DNA of 64,000 bases, from positions 1 to 64,000 of the forward strand of contig CBDBCZ010000013.1 in assembly GCA_965203295.1 (NCBI GenBank), read 5' to 3'. This document shows, piece by piece, positions 1 to 29,721 of this stretch (position 1 is its first letter; every line of letters begins with the position of its first letter). The notes beneath the pieces are model-generated. The model searched no databases, was not told the origin of the DNA, and saw only the letters and a program-made list of their open reading frames with translations. The DNA comes from Nitrospirales bacterium (lineage in GTDB: Bacteria > Nitrospirota > Nitrospiria > Nitrospirales > UBA8639). Both the position numbers and the translations under genes were made by a program.

Positions 1-123
1 GGGATCAATGCTATACCAATGTACATTAAATCAGTTAAAGGTCAGTTTGGGTAATGGGTTAAACTCCTCCCCTTGCCTCGGGACTTTAAATTCCCCTCAC
101 CCAAACTGACCATTAACTATTAC
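1..123 (+). mobile_element. Partial copy of ~190-bp repeat with inverted repeats plus terminal hairpin
   Basis: Matches 56881-57003 and the reverse complement of 18796-18918. Confidence 0.75.
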
Positions 124-495
124 ACAAAGTCCACTTCTGACAGTCCTAATGGTGACTATTACATACTTATGACATATCCACATGAATGGAGACTGTGTTT
201 ACTTAGGGAAGCCTGGGTGTGGGAGATTGATACTGTATTACCAACCTGCTTGCAGTGTGCAGACAGCACTGGCTTCCTTGGGTGGTTCAGCACCCTAATG
301 GATAAACACAGTGACAGTTCATGTGGTGACTCAGACTTGTTCTCATGTGAACAGTTGGTTTGGAGCAAGAGTGTGACTGATGGTTAGTTTGACACCATGC
401 ACATCACACTTCATAAATGAATGGTTCAGAACATGGGTAGCTCTATCCTCTAAGCTACAGATACATGCATGCATGCACACTCCGAACAGCCTTAC

Positions 496-3227
<2,732 letters not shown>

Positions 3228-4029
3228 AACTCCGGCTCATATACAAGTGCAGATATACCAGGACCAGATATCTATCAATGCCAACTAGACACTTGCAAGG
3301 CAACGCCGACACCAGCTCCACACGAGGGCCCAAAGCAGACTGCATGCAGTGCGCGGTTACCAAGAACGACGCATGCGCACAAGTGCACTTACAGGGGTTC
3401 TCCTACTTGTTTAATTATCAGCTTGCCCTGGGAAGCCTCTTGAAAAGATAGCATGTGAACACACAGAACCACTCTTCTAGGCTCACGAGACTACCACTCT
3501 TCCAGGCAGGAAGAATTGATTATTCATCCTTCAGCTGAATTAGGGACACTGGACCTCAGCACTAACCCATTTTATTCATTATCTCTCCAAAACAGCCTTC
3601 AGCGGCTTCAGCCCCACTCCCGCCCTTATATGGCACACTAACGCTCTCCAGCTGAATTGGACTGATAATTAAACAAACAGCCACCAGCCCCACCACTAGT
3701 CATAGATAGTAGAGTAGAATCCTTCTACTCGACTATCCCATGATATAGTGCACTACGCGATATGAATGAACACTCCAGCTAGAAAAAATTAACTTCAAAG
3801 TAAGCTTATACCAAATGTTTTATGTCAACTCAAGTGAGTTTACAACTAAAGAAAGAATAAAAAATAGCTCCACTATCAGCCCCAAAGTCAAGCAGTTTCA
3901 TTTCAATTTTGACCAAGTTAAAAGTGTTGACAGACAGCAAAGCAAACAAAAAGAGGGGTGGGGCTAGTATTCCTGCACCGTACACGATATATTTTACCGA
4001 TAAACCGTATTGGTCTCGTGCATGGACAC

Positions 4030-4320
4030 TCCCAAGTCGACTTGACCGACCGCAAGCTTAAGCTGGGTTGAGCATCTCCAAGTCGACTTAACCGAAGATC
4101 TTCATGTCAGCTTGAACGTTTCCGAGTCAGCTTGAGTGTTTCCAAGTCGGCTTGAACGTTTCCAAGTCGGCTTGAGGGTTTCCAAGTCGGCTTGAGTATT
4201 TCCAAGTCGGCTTGAGCGTTTCCAAGTCGGCTTGAACGTTTCCAAGTCGGCTTGAGGGTTTCCAAGTCGGCTTGAGGGAGAATATCTAAGCCGGCTTGAG
4301 CGAAGTAAGTCGAAGTTGAA
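4030..4320. repeat. 20-bp tandem array (TCCAAGTCGGCTTGAnnGTT)
   Basis: About 10 or more units visible; each unit contains the CAAGTCGGCTTG quasi-palindrome. Confidence 0.9.
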
Positions 4321-4920
4321 TTTTGTTAGGTTTGGCTTGCCATACAAATCCCAGCTACCCATCCTAGAATGCATGTGGGCATGTTTAGGTTGGTTTAAAG
4401 TTAGCTTCAGCCCCAGTGCGAAGCCAAGGTTAAATACAGTTTAATGTAGTTATACTAGGTTAACATGCGAGCGAGGGGTGGAGCTGTGGGGGAGGAGTCA
4501 GGTGGCTAACTAGTGCCTAGCGCATGCGCGGGAAGTTTCAGGCCTCGTGCTACGGAACGTCAGGTAGTGGCTGCTGTTTCTTTTGGCGCCTCAACCCTGC
4601 TCCAGTTCCTGGATGGCTCCAGGCCGTGAGATCCCCGCTGGTTTTTTTTACCAGCAGTTCGCGCGCTGCGCGCGCTCCGGCTGGTAAAAAAACATAATAT
4701 GCTGTAAAATATGTATAGTTACGAGTGTGGACATATATTATAATAATGATTGTGTGCATATACATGTACATCTATCAAGATAAATAGTTCAATGGATACA
4801 CTTTGCGGGAGAAAATACAACTGTGCCATCATGTGTCATGTGGCACTGTGTTATTAAGTGCAATGTCATAGTATGACATTGCACTTAATAACACAGTGCC
4901 TTTTGTATAACAACTTATAT

Positions 4921-6753
4921 CTATACACTTCCGTAGCTGTTTCCGCATTGAGGGTAAGTGTCTATGTCTTCATGACCGCTCTGCTCGCCACCAGTTGTTG
5001 GTAGAAGTGGCTCATACAGTTCAGGGTTGATAATCCTGTCCGGAAGTTCATCAGCATCACTGTTGCTCTCATAAGATGTTTTTGCACAATCTGTTTCCTT
5101 AGCTGGGGATAGTAGCTTCTGAACCAATTTACAAGAGTATCGTTTTAACACACCTGCCCATGACAGCACTCTGTATGCTGAGTAGAGACTGATGTATATA
5201 AAGGCTGTGGCTGGCAATATGTACACTACTGCAAAGGTAACCCTACTAACAAAATAATTATACATAACCCAAAATTGAGTCAAGCTGAAAAGTGCCAAAG
5301 CTATAGAATCGAGGATGTTGAATCGATTGTCCTTATAAGGTCGCATGAGAGAGAAGAGTAAGGCTGCAATACCAGGGACTACAACCTTAAACAGCCAAAA
5401 ATATTTATACGCTAGCATTTGTGATGCATTGAAAATGACACGCAAAAGAAGGTACAGTCCAACAAAACAGCGGTAGTCTTTAGTTCCAGAAGTTCCATTC
5501 TTGTAGCAACCTTGGAACACATCCGCAAATGCATGGAGGGCATGCCATCTAATATTGCAACAGCCAAGGCATTTCTGAAAGGTTTTGGTCGGATAAAAGA
5601 GGAGAACCAGCAATGGTAAGGCTACACAAAACAGAAGAACAGTGATTGCAACAATTGCGAAAGGGAGGTGTTGAGTGCTAAAGTATTGAATAGTTGAATC
5701 ATAGTACACAACTGCTGAACTGTTCACTTTGTCACTGCTAGCTAAAATGTTAGAGGTCAGCAAACTGTACGACACCACTAAAATCTTTGAATAGGCCAGG
5801 AGTAGAAATGCTGCAAAGGCATGAATGAGTGATGTCTTGGGGTTCCAGCTATCTCCTAGACAGGATGTGCAGATGCGAAATGGTCTTCCAAGCCACAAAA
5901 ACACTGTATAGCCTTTGTCATGAAGTTCAACACAGTAGTATGTGATTACAATTAGGACAAGTGGATAGAAGGCTACTATATACTCGAGTGATGCTACCTG
6001 AAGACCAGTTAATCCAGTGCTTGCACAAAAGGGTGGAGTAACGTATCGAAAGAAGTCTAAATTCCAGATGCCACCAAATGTGAGGGAAAAAAGTTGAAGG
6101 TTGTGAAGGCTGGGTGACACTATGCTGTGAGGGTTTATATTTACTTGATTTACACCTACTTGACATATGAATATGAAAGCATTCATCGATGCAGAAGTGA
6201 GTATACGGACTTGGAAGAACACTATTACTAAGAAGAGCACTGTTGTTGGAAAGGTTGCAAGAAATATGTACAGTAGCCATCCATACTTGCTGTCCAAACA
6301 CTCCAGACACTGATGTACGTAGGAGAATACCGCAGGTCCCAAACCAGGCTTACACTGGCTGCATAGCAACCCCGTTCGATTCAGCCCTCCACACACAAAG
6401 GTGTTCAATTCGGAATTGTTCTGTGGCAGAGTTACATACAGATGGTCAAAGTCGGGTCTGTGGCAAGAGAATGGACACCTCCCAACTATTTCTGAGTCGT
6501 TCTCCCCCTGATTGTTTGTCATACAGTATCCCAAAAGCAGCCGGGATGTTTGTAAACTCTGATCACACAGCACTATCTCACCTATTGGATCTTCGCAATC
6601 ACAAGTCACTGTCCCATTGAGGCCAGCTTTAGGTTTCATCCAGACTGGACACCGTGGATCACCATTCATTGTCCTTCTTTCTTGAGCAAGGCCAAGGCAT
6701 ACAAGTGACAGTAACAAAGTACTCATTACAGGTAGCCGTAGTTTTATTCCCAT
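4921..6753 (-). CDS. Intronless 610-aa membrane protein: signal peptide, Cys-rich ectodomain (NRTGLLCSQC), about 7-9 TM helices; copy 1
   Basis: Long ORF with hydrophobic N-terminus, many hydrophobic segments, RPYK..FNILD motif and LPDRIINPELYEPLL tail; near-identical paralog at 11665-13497. Confidence 0.85.
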   Translation of the reverse strand: MGIKLRLPVMSTLLLSLVCLGLAQERRTMNGDPRCPVWMKPKAGLNGTVTCDCEDPIGEIVLCDQSLQTSRLLLGYCMTNNQGENDSEIVGRCPFSCHRPDFDHLYVTLPQNNSELNTFVCGGLNRTGLLCSQCKPGLGPAVFSYVHQCLECLDSKYGWLLYIFLATFPTTVLFLVIVFFQVRILTSASMNAFIFICQVGVNQVNINPHSIVSPSLHNLQLFSLTFGGIWNLDFFRYVTPPFCASTGLTGLQVASLEYIVAFYPLVLIVITYYCVELHDKGYTVFLWLGRPFRICTSCLGDSWNPKTSLIHAFAAFLLLAYSKILVVSYSLLTSNILASSDKVNSSAVVYYDSTIQYFSTQHLPFAIVAITVLLFCVALPLLVLLFYPTKTFQKCLGCCNIRWHALHAFADVFQGCYKNGTSGTKDYRCFVGLYLLLRVIFNASQMLAYKYFWLFKVVVPGIAALLFSLMRPYKDNRFNILDSIALALFSLTQFWVMYNYFVSRVTFAVVYILPATAFIYISLYSAYRVLSWAGVLKRYSCKLVQKLLSPAKETDCAKTSYESNSDADELPDRIINPELYEPLLPTTGGEQSGHEDIDTYPQCGNSYGSV

Positions 6754-6909
6754 CTTTACTGCTGCACAGTAGAGGTATTATGAGTGAAATCTGCATACCA
6801 TTGTACTATATGCTGTGACGTAGGGACTTTCATATTCACTTATATGGTCTCAGGCCTGCAGCCATATTAGTCTGGGGGACCCCGCCGTTGTAAATCAAAC
6901 ATCCTTTTT

Positions 6910-7893
6910 TTATGCCGCTGCCGTCGGTATTCCCATAGAATTTCTTTCAAACGGAAGTTGATACAAGGAAACAAGTAATGGTACACGATAACATAATTGA
7001 TTACGTAACGACACATGTTTTCCTGTATATTGCGCAATGTTACGCGTGCTTCCAGCAATATCCAAGTAGTATACGGGTACCGGGAAAATTTACCGCGAAA
7101 TTGCAGCAACTTTTCATTCAATCCTCGTTTTGGGGTCATTTATTTTGCTCTCAAAATCGATTAACCCGTTGGAGTAGAGTAACAAAAAAGCTTATGTAAG
7201 CGGTTTGGTACAAGATGCGTCGCTTAGAATACTTTTGGGGCCACTCAGGCCCTTTGCCGCAGGTTGGGCAAAAAATTGAAAAAAATCACTTGTCCACACC
7301 AACTGGAAAATGGAAGGAAGAGTCGTGAGCTGTATCTCCAGAACTATGTAAGCTACAAAGTTCGTTTTTTTTCACATTGTGAGTAGTTACTTTCGTGCTC
7401 TCTGCGAGCGCTTATCCGAGCTTCTAGCGCTTTTGTAAGGGAATGCTATGCAGTCAACTCTGAATGCCACTTTTCCACGATTTTCTCGCTTTCTATTTCA
7501 TTTCATATCTACTCTTAGATTGGGGCTACTGCTAACTTACCTTGCTGTGCCGTAGATCTTGATGGTATATGTGCTGAAGTGCAAAATCTCGGCTGTAAAA
7601 CCTTTTGCCGCAGGTTGGGCAAAAAATCGAAAAACTGGCAATTTGTCGAAAGAGGCATGAACGCACAGCTGCCCAGGACTGCTGTAAAAGTCGTACGCTC
7701 GAAATAAACTACCTGTCATACGCTTTTTGTGTTGTTTAACACGGATACGTTGTTGCAAAAGCCGTCTTTCAAAGGAATCTCGAAATAACGGCCGTCATAA
7801 CTGCACGCGCTCGAAGTCGGTCAATACCTTTGATGTTAATTAACATCCGGTATTACTTCCTGTTTGAGAGAAAATTCGACGGCTGCGGGTTAA
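6910..7893. mobile_element. piggyBac-like non-autonomous element
   Basis: Absent from duplicate copy 2; right end CGACGGCTGCGGG-TTAA, degenerate left end TTATGCCGCTGCCGTCG; internal direct repeat TTTGCCGCAGGTTGGGCAAAAAAT at ~7253 and ~7604. Confidence 0.6.
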
Positions 7894-8230
7894 CTGAAGG
7901 TGGATAGAACTGGTTGGATTCTTACTATTTGGGGCATTAAATGCCCCAAATAGTAAGATATGGAAACTGAACTCTTGGAAGCATGCAGTGCAACAACAAC
8001 AGCTTGTCATGAAACCACTCTTGGATAACAATTCCATATACAAGCTAAACGTCTAGCTAAGGCCAGTTCAGGTAGCTATATTAATCTTTACAGTGCCAGA
8101 ATCCTATTTTTGTACCTGTACCTGTACCTTTACTCACATGCAGTTAATAGTATACAAATGCGTACAATATTGAGGAATTCTATGAATTAGTCTATATATA
8201 GGGGGGACCAGAAGCTAGTTTGGAGTGCCT

Positions 8231-9039
8231 TAATTACCCCACGCTGCGTATGCGCGAGTGGGGTCAAGCAATCGATTATGTCCGTCTGTCGTTGTTTTTG
8301 TCGTCGTCTATCATAAAATAATCTGCCTCTGGAGTGGAAATGCCTCACTTTGGGTGAGGAGGATCGGATTACCCATCTGAGGTTGATGGCTTTTTTTAAC
8401 TTCCTGTTTAATTTATAAATATTGTTCCTATACATTGCTACGTTTACTTTTGTTCTCACCAGCCAGTTTAACCACATGTGTAGCTGTTTGTAATCATTGG
8501 CGGCGGGGTCAAGCGATTGATTTTGTCCGTCTGTCTGTCTGTCTGCCTGTCCACTCAAAAAAACGGGTTATCTCGCGATTTACAGGGTTTAACGATTGCT
8601 TAATACGACAGTAACATTGATATCTAAAAAAAAAATGTGCGGATGCGTACCTGATAGTCACCAAAGCGGTTCCATTCGCTGCATCTCCAGCTCTTTCTTA
8701 TTTAACAACGGTACATTCTGCCAATTTTTTTTTAATACGGTCACAATTAGATTACGACGGGGGCCGGGCATACACGGACTCTGGCCACGTGTTCATATTA
8801 GCTCATATATACGTGGTGCTAGTCTCGCGCCCAGCCGGAAATTTCACGGATTATTTCCGGCTGGGCACGAGACTAACGTGGTGCGCACCTGTGTCGACCG
8901 CAATCAGTCACGCCCACTGCCTAGATACAGGAGCGCTGTACACTGTACCAACAGCTTCATAAACCAAGTCTGCAGTCCTACCAGGTCCCAGTTGTAAAGT
9001 CTGCAGCGTGGGGTATGTCTCTGCTAGAGACTTCTAGTT
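8231..9039 (+). mobile_element. Helentron-associated (HINE/DINE-1-like) element; second copy at ~14012-14781
   Basis: Subterminal IR TACCCCACGCTGC / GCAGCGTGGGGTA, (GTCT)n microsatellite, 3' hairpin GTCTC-TGCTA-GAGAC then CTAGTT. Confidence 0.65.
8820..8876. mobile_element. Hairpin MITE TAGTCTCG..CGAGACTA with 9-bp TSD
   Basis: Flanked by ACGTGGTGC on both sides. Confidence 0.8.
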
Positions 9040-9328
9040 CTGCATGCACTGAACCTACGTGTACTGCGCGGACGTATATAATATGTTATGTGCGCATAGC
9101 ATTTTTTTTACTGTTGAAGACAAAAATTAATGCGAACTGGCAATATGGATGAAAAATGATGAATGCGTAAATAAGCTTACGCCTAGCGTGTTTTATTTTT
9201 CACATTCACTAACCTTAATTTTAACCTTTACGTAATCCGTTGTACACATACTACTCAGATATTGCAATCATTGGGTCTGTGCCTGGCCTTTTTGTACCAA
9301 AAAATACTAATTACTCTTTTTATTCCAG

Positions 9329-9567
9329 ACTACAGATGACCAGGAGGAACCAGATGAATATGCACCTCTATATTGTCTCATGACCACTCAACTTATGGAT
9401 CAGGCGGCTCTAGTACTGCAATTGTTCAAACACCTCTGGCGCCCCCTAGTGATGCCCGAACTTATGATAGCTACCATACAGCACCAACTAGCACTTCACG
9501 CCGCAGAGCTCCTCGCGATCAAATTACTGGAACAGAACTAAGTGAAACTGACTATCTGGATGTATAA
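9329..9567 (+). pseudogene. Orphan, frameshifted paralog of the Amt terminal exon
   Basis: Acceptor TATTCCAG as in the exons at 29431 and 31047; encodes SYHTAPTSTSRRRA (cf. SYHTASSSSRRRP). The homologous frame is offset from the phase-0 acceptor near 9370. Confidence 0.6.
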
Positions 9568-10521
9568 TATTATGTTCTGTAGAGAACTACATATGTATGT
9601 ATACTTTAGGTATATGTATAGCAATTGGGAACTGATGCTTAATGTTAAATTTCTCCTAGCTGTAGATCTAGTTGAGCGCTACGGTAGTTTGTATGCACCA
9701 AGATTACTGTTTTCCTATTATTGCATTTGATTATTCTTATAGTGCTCCAAAATGTGGAGCTTGAGCATGCAGAGTATAGTTTAAAAAACATGCCATTCCA
9801 CTTCCGTGTACTTATCAGATATGCTTTATCAGATTCTTTAAAATTTCTCTCACCGTGCCATCATTCACAACATTGAATGCAGAGCATGGTTCGGGTTAAA
9901 ATCAATTTCATATAAACAAACAGATCATAAAGAATTAATACACTGATAGGTATCATATAGAAATTGTTCGTTATTGTTTGTACGCACTGTGAGTACACGT
10001 GTGTACACAGGAATTTGTGTTACACAAACGGATAGCTACGTACATTTGGCCAAAGTTCAAATAGCAAGTTTTTAGGGAGCAAAAAAGGATTTCAATTGAT
10101 CAAAACAAGTGCTACACTGATCAATGTATGACCTCTATCTGCGGAATAGTACAATACAGTATGGTAGTAACACTGAGTACTACCATACTTCATATACGTA
10201 GGGATATCGATGGTACTGAAAATGCCTGCCGCATACACGTATACAATTTGTACAAACTTATATGTTCAGAATGCACTTGCATGGTGGAAACAGAATGGGT
10301 AGTGTATTATTGTTGTATGTGTACACCTAAGGGTGACTCAATTAATGCAAGACATCATAGCATACAATGATGAGAAGATTTATAATGAGGTCACAGAATT
10401 TGATGGTAGCGAATCCACTAGTAGGACTTGTGTGAGAGTTTCTATTCAAAATGGAAAGACACATCTTCTCTTGAACCGAGAGCTAACCATTGGTCGCCTT
10501 GCAATGATATCACTGCTGAAT

Positions 10522-11217
10522 GGCTGATGCTGCTCAATGTCACAGGACTGGTAATAGTGTGTTGAGGAATGGTTGATGCTGCTCAATGTCACAGGACTGG
10601 TAATAGTGTATTGAGGAGGGAGTTATAATGGCTGATGCTGCTCAATGTCACAGGACCGGTAATAGTGTATTGAGGAGGGAGTTATAATGGCTGATGCTGC
10701 TCAATGTCACAGGACCGGTAATAGTGTATTGAGGAGGGGGTTATAATGGCTGATGCTGCTCAATGTCACAGGACCGGTAATAGTGTATTGGGAGGGGGTT
10801 ATAATGGCTGATGCTGCTCAATGTCACAGGACCGGTAATAGTGTATTGAGGAGGGGGTTATAATGGCTGATGCTGCTCAATGTCACAGGACCGGTAATAG
10901 TGTATTGAGGAGGGGGTTATAATGGCTGATGCTGCTCAATGTCACAGGACCGGTAATAGTGTATTGAGGAGGGGGTTATAATGGCTGATGCTGCTCAATG
11001 TCACAGGACCGGTAATAGTGTATTGGGAGGGGGTTATAATGGCTGATGCTGCTCAATGTCACAGGACCGGTAATAGTGTATTGAGGAGGGGGTTATAATG
11101 GCTGATGCTGCTCAATGTCACAGGACTGGTAATAGTGTATTGAGGAGGGGGTTATAATGGCTGATGCTGCTCAATGTCACAGGACTGGTAATAGTGTATT
11201 GAGGAGGGGGTTATAAT
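10522..11217. repeat. 59-bp minisatellite, about 12 copies
   Basis: Unit GGCTGATGCTGCTCAATGTCACAGGACCGGTAATAGTGTATTGAGGAGGGGGTTATAAT. Confidence 0.95.
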
Positions 11218-11664
11218 TACTCTTGCTTCGAGCTAAAGATCAAGTACAAGAAATAGTCTCGACCCACAGCTAGGATATGTGGCTGAATGAAGATTGAAAA
11301 TGCGGTCAGAAGTGAAATGTGGAAGTAAAAGTCTTTCAAACTTAAAATTTCTGGAGTGAAGATGAACGCAAATTAAAAAAATTAACCGAACGATTGATAG
11401 TAACATTTTAGCAGTGTGGTGCTAACAGGAACGTGACAGATACGTGGAGTCGCATTCCTGAGTTTAAAAAAATATTATGCTATAAAATATGTATAGTTAC
11501 AAGTGTGGACGTATAATATAATAATGATTGTGTGCATATACATCTATCAAGATAAATAGTTTAATGAATACACTTTGCGGGAGAAAAAATGAATACAACT
11601 GTGCCATCGTGTGTTATGATATTGCACTTATATAACACAGTGCCTTTTGTATAACAACTTATAT

Positions 11665-13497
11665 CTATACACTTCCGTAGCTGTTTCCGCATTGAGGGTA
11701 AGTGTCTATGTCTTCATGACCGCTCTGCTCGCAACCAGTTGTTGGTAGAAGTGGCTCATACAGTTCAGGGTTGATAATCTTGTCTGGAAGTTCATCAGCA
11801 TCACTGTTGCTCTCATAAGATGTTTTTGCACAATCTGTTTCCTTAGCTGGGGATAGTAGCTTCTGAACCAATTTACAAGAGTATCGTTTTAACACACCTG
11901 CCCATGACAGCACTCTGTATGCTGAGTAGAGACTGATGTATATAAAGGCTGTGGCTGGCAATATGTACACTACTGCAAAGGTAACCCTACTAACAAAATA
12001 ATTATACATAACCCAAAATTGAGTCAAGCTGAAAAGTGCCAAAGCTATAGAATCGAGGATGTTGAATCGATTGTCCTTATAAGGTCGCATGAGAGAGAAG
12101 AGTAAGGCTGCAATACCAGGGACTACAACCTTAAACAGCCAAAAATATTTATACGCTAGCATTTGTGATGCATTGAAAATGACACGCAAAAGAAGGTACA
12201 GTCCAGCAAAGCAGCGGTAGTCTTTAGTTCCAGAAGTTCCATTCTTGTAGCAACCTTGGAAAACATCTGCAAATGCATGGAGGGCATGCCATCTAATATT
12301 GCAACAGCCAAGGCATTTCTGAAAGGTTTTGGTTGGATAAAAGAGGAGAACTAGCAGAGGTAAGGCTACACAAAACAGAAGAACAGTGATTGCAACAATT
12401 GCGAAAGGGAGGTGTTGAGTGCTAAAGTATTGAATAGTTGAATCATAGTACACAACTGCTGAACTGTTCACTTTGTCACTGCTAGCTAAAATGTTAGAGG
12501 TCAGCAAACTGTACGACACCACTAAAATCTTTGAATAGGCCAGGAGTAGAAATGCTGCAAAGGCATGAATGAGTGATGTCTTGGGGTTCCAGCTATCTCC
12601 TAGACAGGATGTGCAGATGCGAAATGGTCTTCCAAGCCACAAAAACACTGTACAGCCTTTGTCATGAAGTTCAACACAGTAGTATGTAATTACAATTAGG
12701 ACAAGTGGATAGAAGGCTACTATATACTCGAGTGATGCTACCTGAAGACCAGTTAATCCAGTGCTTGCACAAAAGGGTGGAGTAACGTATCGAAAGAAGT
12801 CTAAATTCCAGATGCCACCAAATGTGAGGAAAAAAAGTAGAAGGTTGTGAAGGCTGGGTGACATTATGCTGCGAGGGTTTATATTTACTTGATTTACACC
12901 TACTTGACATATGAATATGAAAGCATTCATCGGTGCAGAAGTGATTATACGGACTTGGAAGAGCACTATTACTAAGAAGAGCACTGTTGTTGGAAAGGTT
13001 GCAAGAAATATGTACAGTAGCCATCCACACTTGCTGTCCAAACACTCCAGACACTGATGTACGTAGGAGAATACCGCAGGTCCCAAACCAGGCTTACACT
13101 GGCTGCATAGCAACCCCATTCGATTCAGCCCTCCACACACAAAGGTGTTCAATTCGGAATTGTTCTGTGGCAGAGTTACATACAGATGGTCAAAGTCGGG
13201 TCTGTGGTAGGAGAATGGACACCTCCCAACTATTTCTGAGTCATTCTCCCCCTGATTGTTCGTCATACAGTATCCCAAAAGCAGCCGGGATGTTTGTAAA
13301 CTCTGATCACACAGCACTATCTCACCTATTGGATCTTCGCAAACACAACTCACTGTCCCATTCAGACCAGCTTTAGGTTTCATCCAGACTGGACACCTTG
13401 GATCACCATTCATTGTCCTTCTTTCTTGAGCAAGGCCAAGGCATACAAGTGACAGTAACAAAGTACTCATTACAGGTAGCCGTAGTTTTATTCCCAT
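11665..13497 (-). CDS. Intronless 610-aa Cys-rich multipass membrane protein; copy 2
   Basis: Same length as copy 1, with about 16 amino-acid differences by manual comparison. Confidence 0.85.
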   Translation of the reverse strand: MGIKLRLPVMSTLLLSLVCLGLAQERRTMNGDPRCPVWMKPKAGLNGTVSCVCEDPIGEIVLCDQSLQTSRLLLGYCMTNNQGENDSEIVGRCPFSYHRPDFDHLYVTLPQNNSELNTFVCGGLNRMGLLCSQCKPGLGPAVFSYVHQCLECLDSKCGWLLYIFLATFPTTVLFLVIVLFQVRIITSAPMNAFIFICQVGVNQVNINPRSIMSPSLHNLLLFFLTFGGIWNLDFFRYVTPPFCASTGLTGLQVASLEYIVAFYPLVLIVITYYCVELHDKGCTVFLWLGRPFRICTSCLGDSWNPKTSLIHAFAAFLLLAYSKILVVSYSLLTSNILASSDKVNSSAVVYYDSTIQYFSTQHLPFAIVAITVLLFCVALPLLVLLFYPTKTFQKCLGCCNIRWHALHAFADVFQGCYKNGTSGTKDYRCFAGLYLLLRVIFNASQMLAYKYFWLFKVVVPGIAALLFSLMRPYKDNRFNILDSIALALFSLTQFWVMYNYFVSRVTFAVVYILPATAFIYISLYSAYRVLSWAGVLKRYSCKLVQKLLSPAKETDCAKTSYESNSDADELPDKIINPELYEPLLPTTGCEQSGHEDIDTYPQCGNSYGSV

Positions 13498-14317
13498 CTT
13501 TACTGCTGCACAGTAGAGGTATTATGAGTGAAATCTGCATACCATTGTACTATATGCTGTAACGTAGGGACTTTCATATTCACTTATATGGTCTCAGGCC
13601 TGCAGCCATATATGGCGGCAGGCCTTATATATGTACCTGTTGTGGTTATGCTCTTGTACACAGTTGTAAATCAAACATCCCCTAATGCCTAAGGTGGATA
13701 GAACTGGTTGGATTCTTACTATTTGCAGGGGCATTAAATGCCCCAAATAGTAAGATATGGAAACTGAACTCTTGGAAGCATGCAGTGCAACAACAACAGC
13801 TTCTCATGAAACTACTCTTGGATAACAATGCATATACAAGCTACAGTGTCTAGCTAAGGCCAGTTCAGGTAGCTATATTAATCTTTGCAGTGCCAGAATC
13901 CTATTTTTATACCTGTACCCTTATTCACATGCAGTTAATAGTATACAAATGCGTACAATATTGATGAATTAGTCTATATATAGGGGGGACCAGAAGCTAG
14001 TTTGGAGTGCCTTAATTACCCCACGCTGCGTATGCGCGAGCGGGGTCAAGCAATCAATTATGTCCGTCTGTCGTTGTTTTTGTCGTCGTCTGTCATAAAA
14101 TAATCTGCCTCTGGAGAGGAAATGCCTCACTTTGGGCGAGGAGGATCGGATTACCCATCCTAACATCTGAGGTTGATGGCTTTTTTTTAACTTCCTGTTT
14201 AATTTATAAGTATCGTTCCTATACATTCTTACGTTTACTTTTGTTCTCACCAGCCAGTTTAACCACATGTAGCTGTTTGTAATCATTGGCGGCGGGGTCA
14301 AGCGATTGATTTTGTCC

Positions 14318-14369
<52 letters not shown>

Positions 14370-15045
14370 GCCTGTCCACTCAAAAAACGGGTTATCTCGC
14401 GATTTACAGGGTTTAACGATTGCTTAACACGACAGTAACATTGATATCTAAAAAAAATGTGCGGATACGTACCTGATAGTCACCAAAGCGGTTTCATTCG
14501 CTGCATCTCCAGCTCTTTCTTATTTAACAACGGTACTGTATTCTGCCATTTTCTTTTAATACGGTCACAATTAGAATACAACGGGGGCCGGGCATACACG
14601 GACTCTGGCCACGTGTTCATATTAGCTCAGGTGTGTCGACCGCAATCAGTCACGCCCACTGCCTAGATACAAGAGCGCTGTACACTGTACCAACAGCTTC
14701 ATAAACCAAGTCTGCAGTCCTACCAGGTCGCAGTTGTAAAGTCTGCAGCGTGGGGTATGTCTCTGCTAGAGACTTCTAGTTCTGCATGCACTGAACCTAC
14801 GTGTACTGCGCGGACGTATATAATATGTTATGTGCGCATAGTATTTTTTTTACTGTTGAAGACAAAAATTAATGCGAACTGGCAATATGGATGAAAAACG
14901 ATGAATGCGTAAATTTATTTTTCACATTCACTAACCTTTAACCTTTACGTAATCCGTTGTAAGGGTAACTGCGGTCAGGGGAAATTTGTTTCGTCACGTT
15001 ATGCTAGAGCAGACAAGAAAGTAGAGTAGCTGTATAACCCTAGCG

Positions 15046-29721
<14,676 letters not shown>

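Noticed and set aside
5927..6620. Overlapping alternative-frame and antisense ORFs conserved in both duplicates
   Set aside because: Conservation is explained by recent duplication of the main ORF.
4921..6753. Calling the 610-aa protein a canonical GPCR
   Set aside because: No class A, B or C signature motifs or GPS site seen; family left open.
10522..11217. CRISPR array or tandem hammerhead ribozymes
   Set aside because: No unique spacers; CTGATGC is not the CUGANGA core and no GAAA partner is present.
11220..11335. U2-like GCTAAAGATCAAGT and 18S-like GGAAGTAAAAGTC
   Set aside because: Short matches only; the flanks do not continue either RNA.
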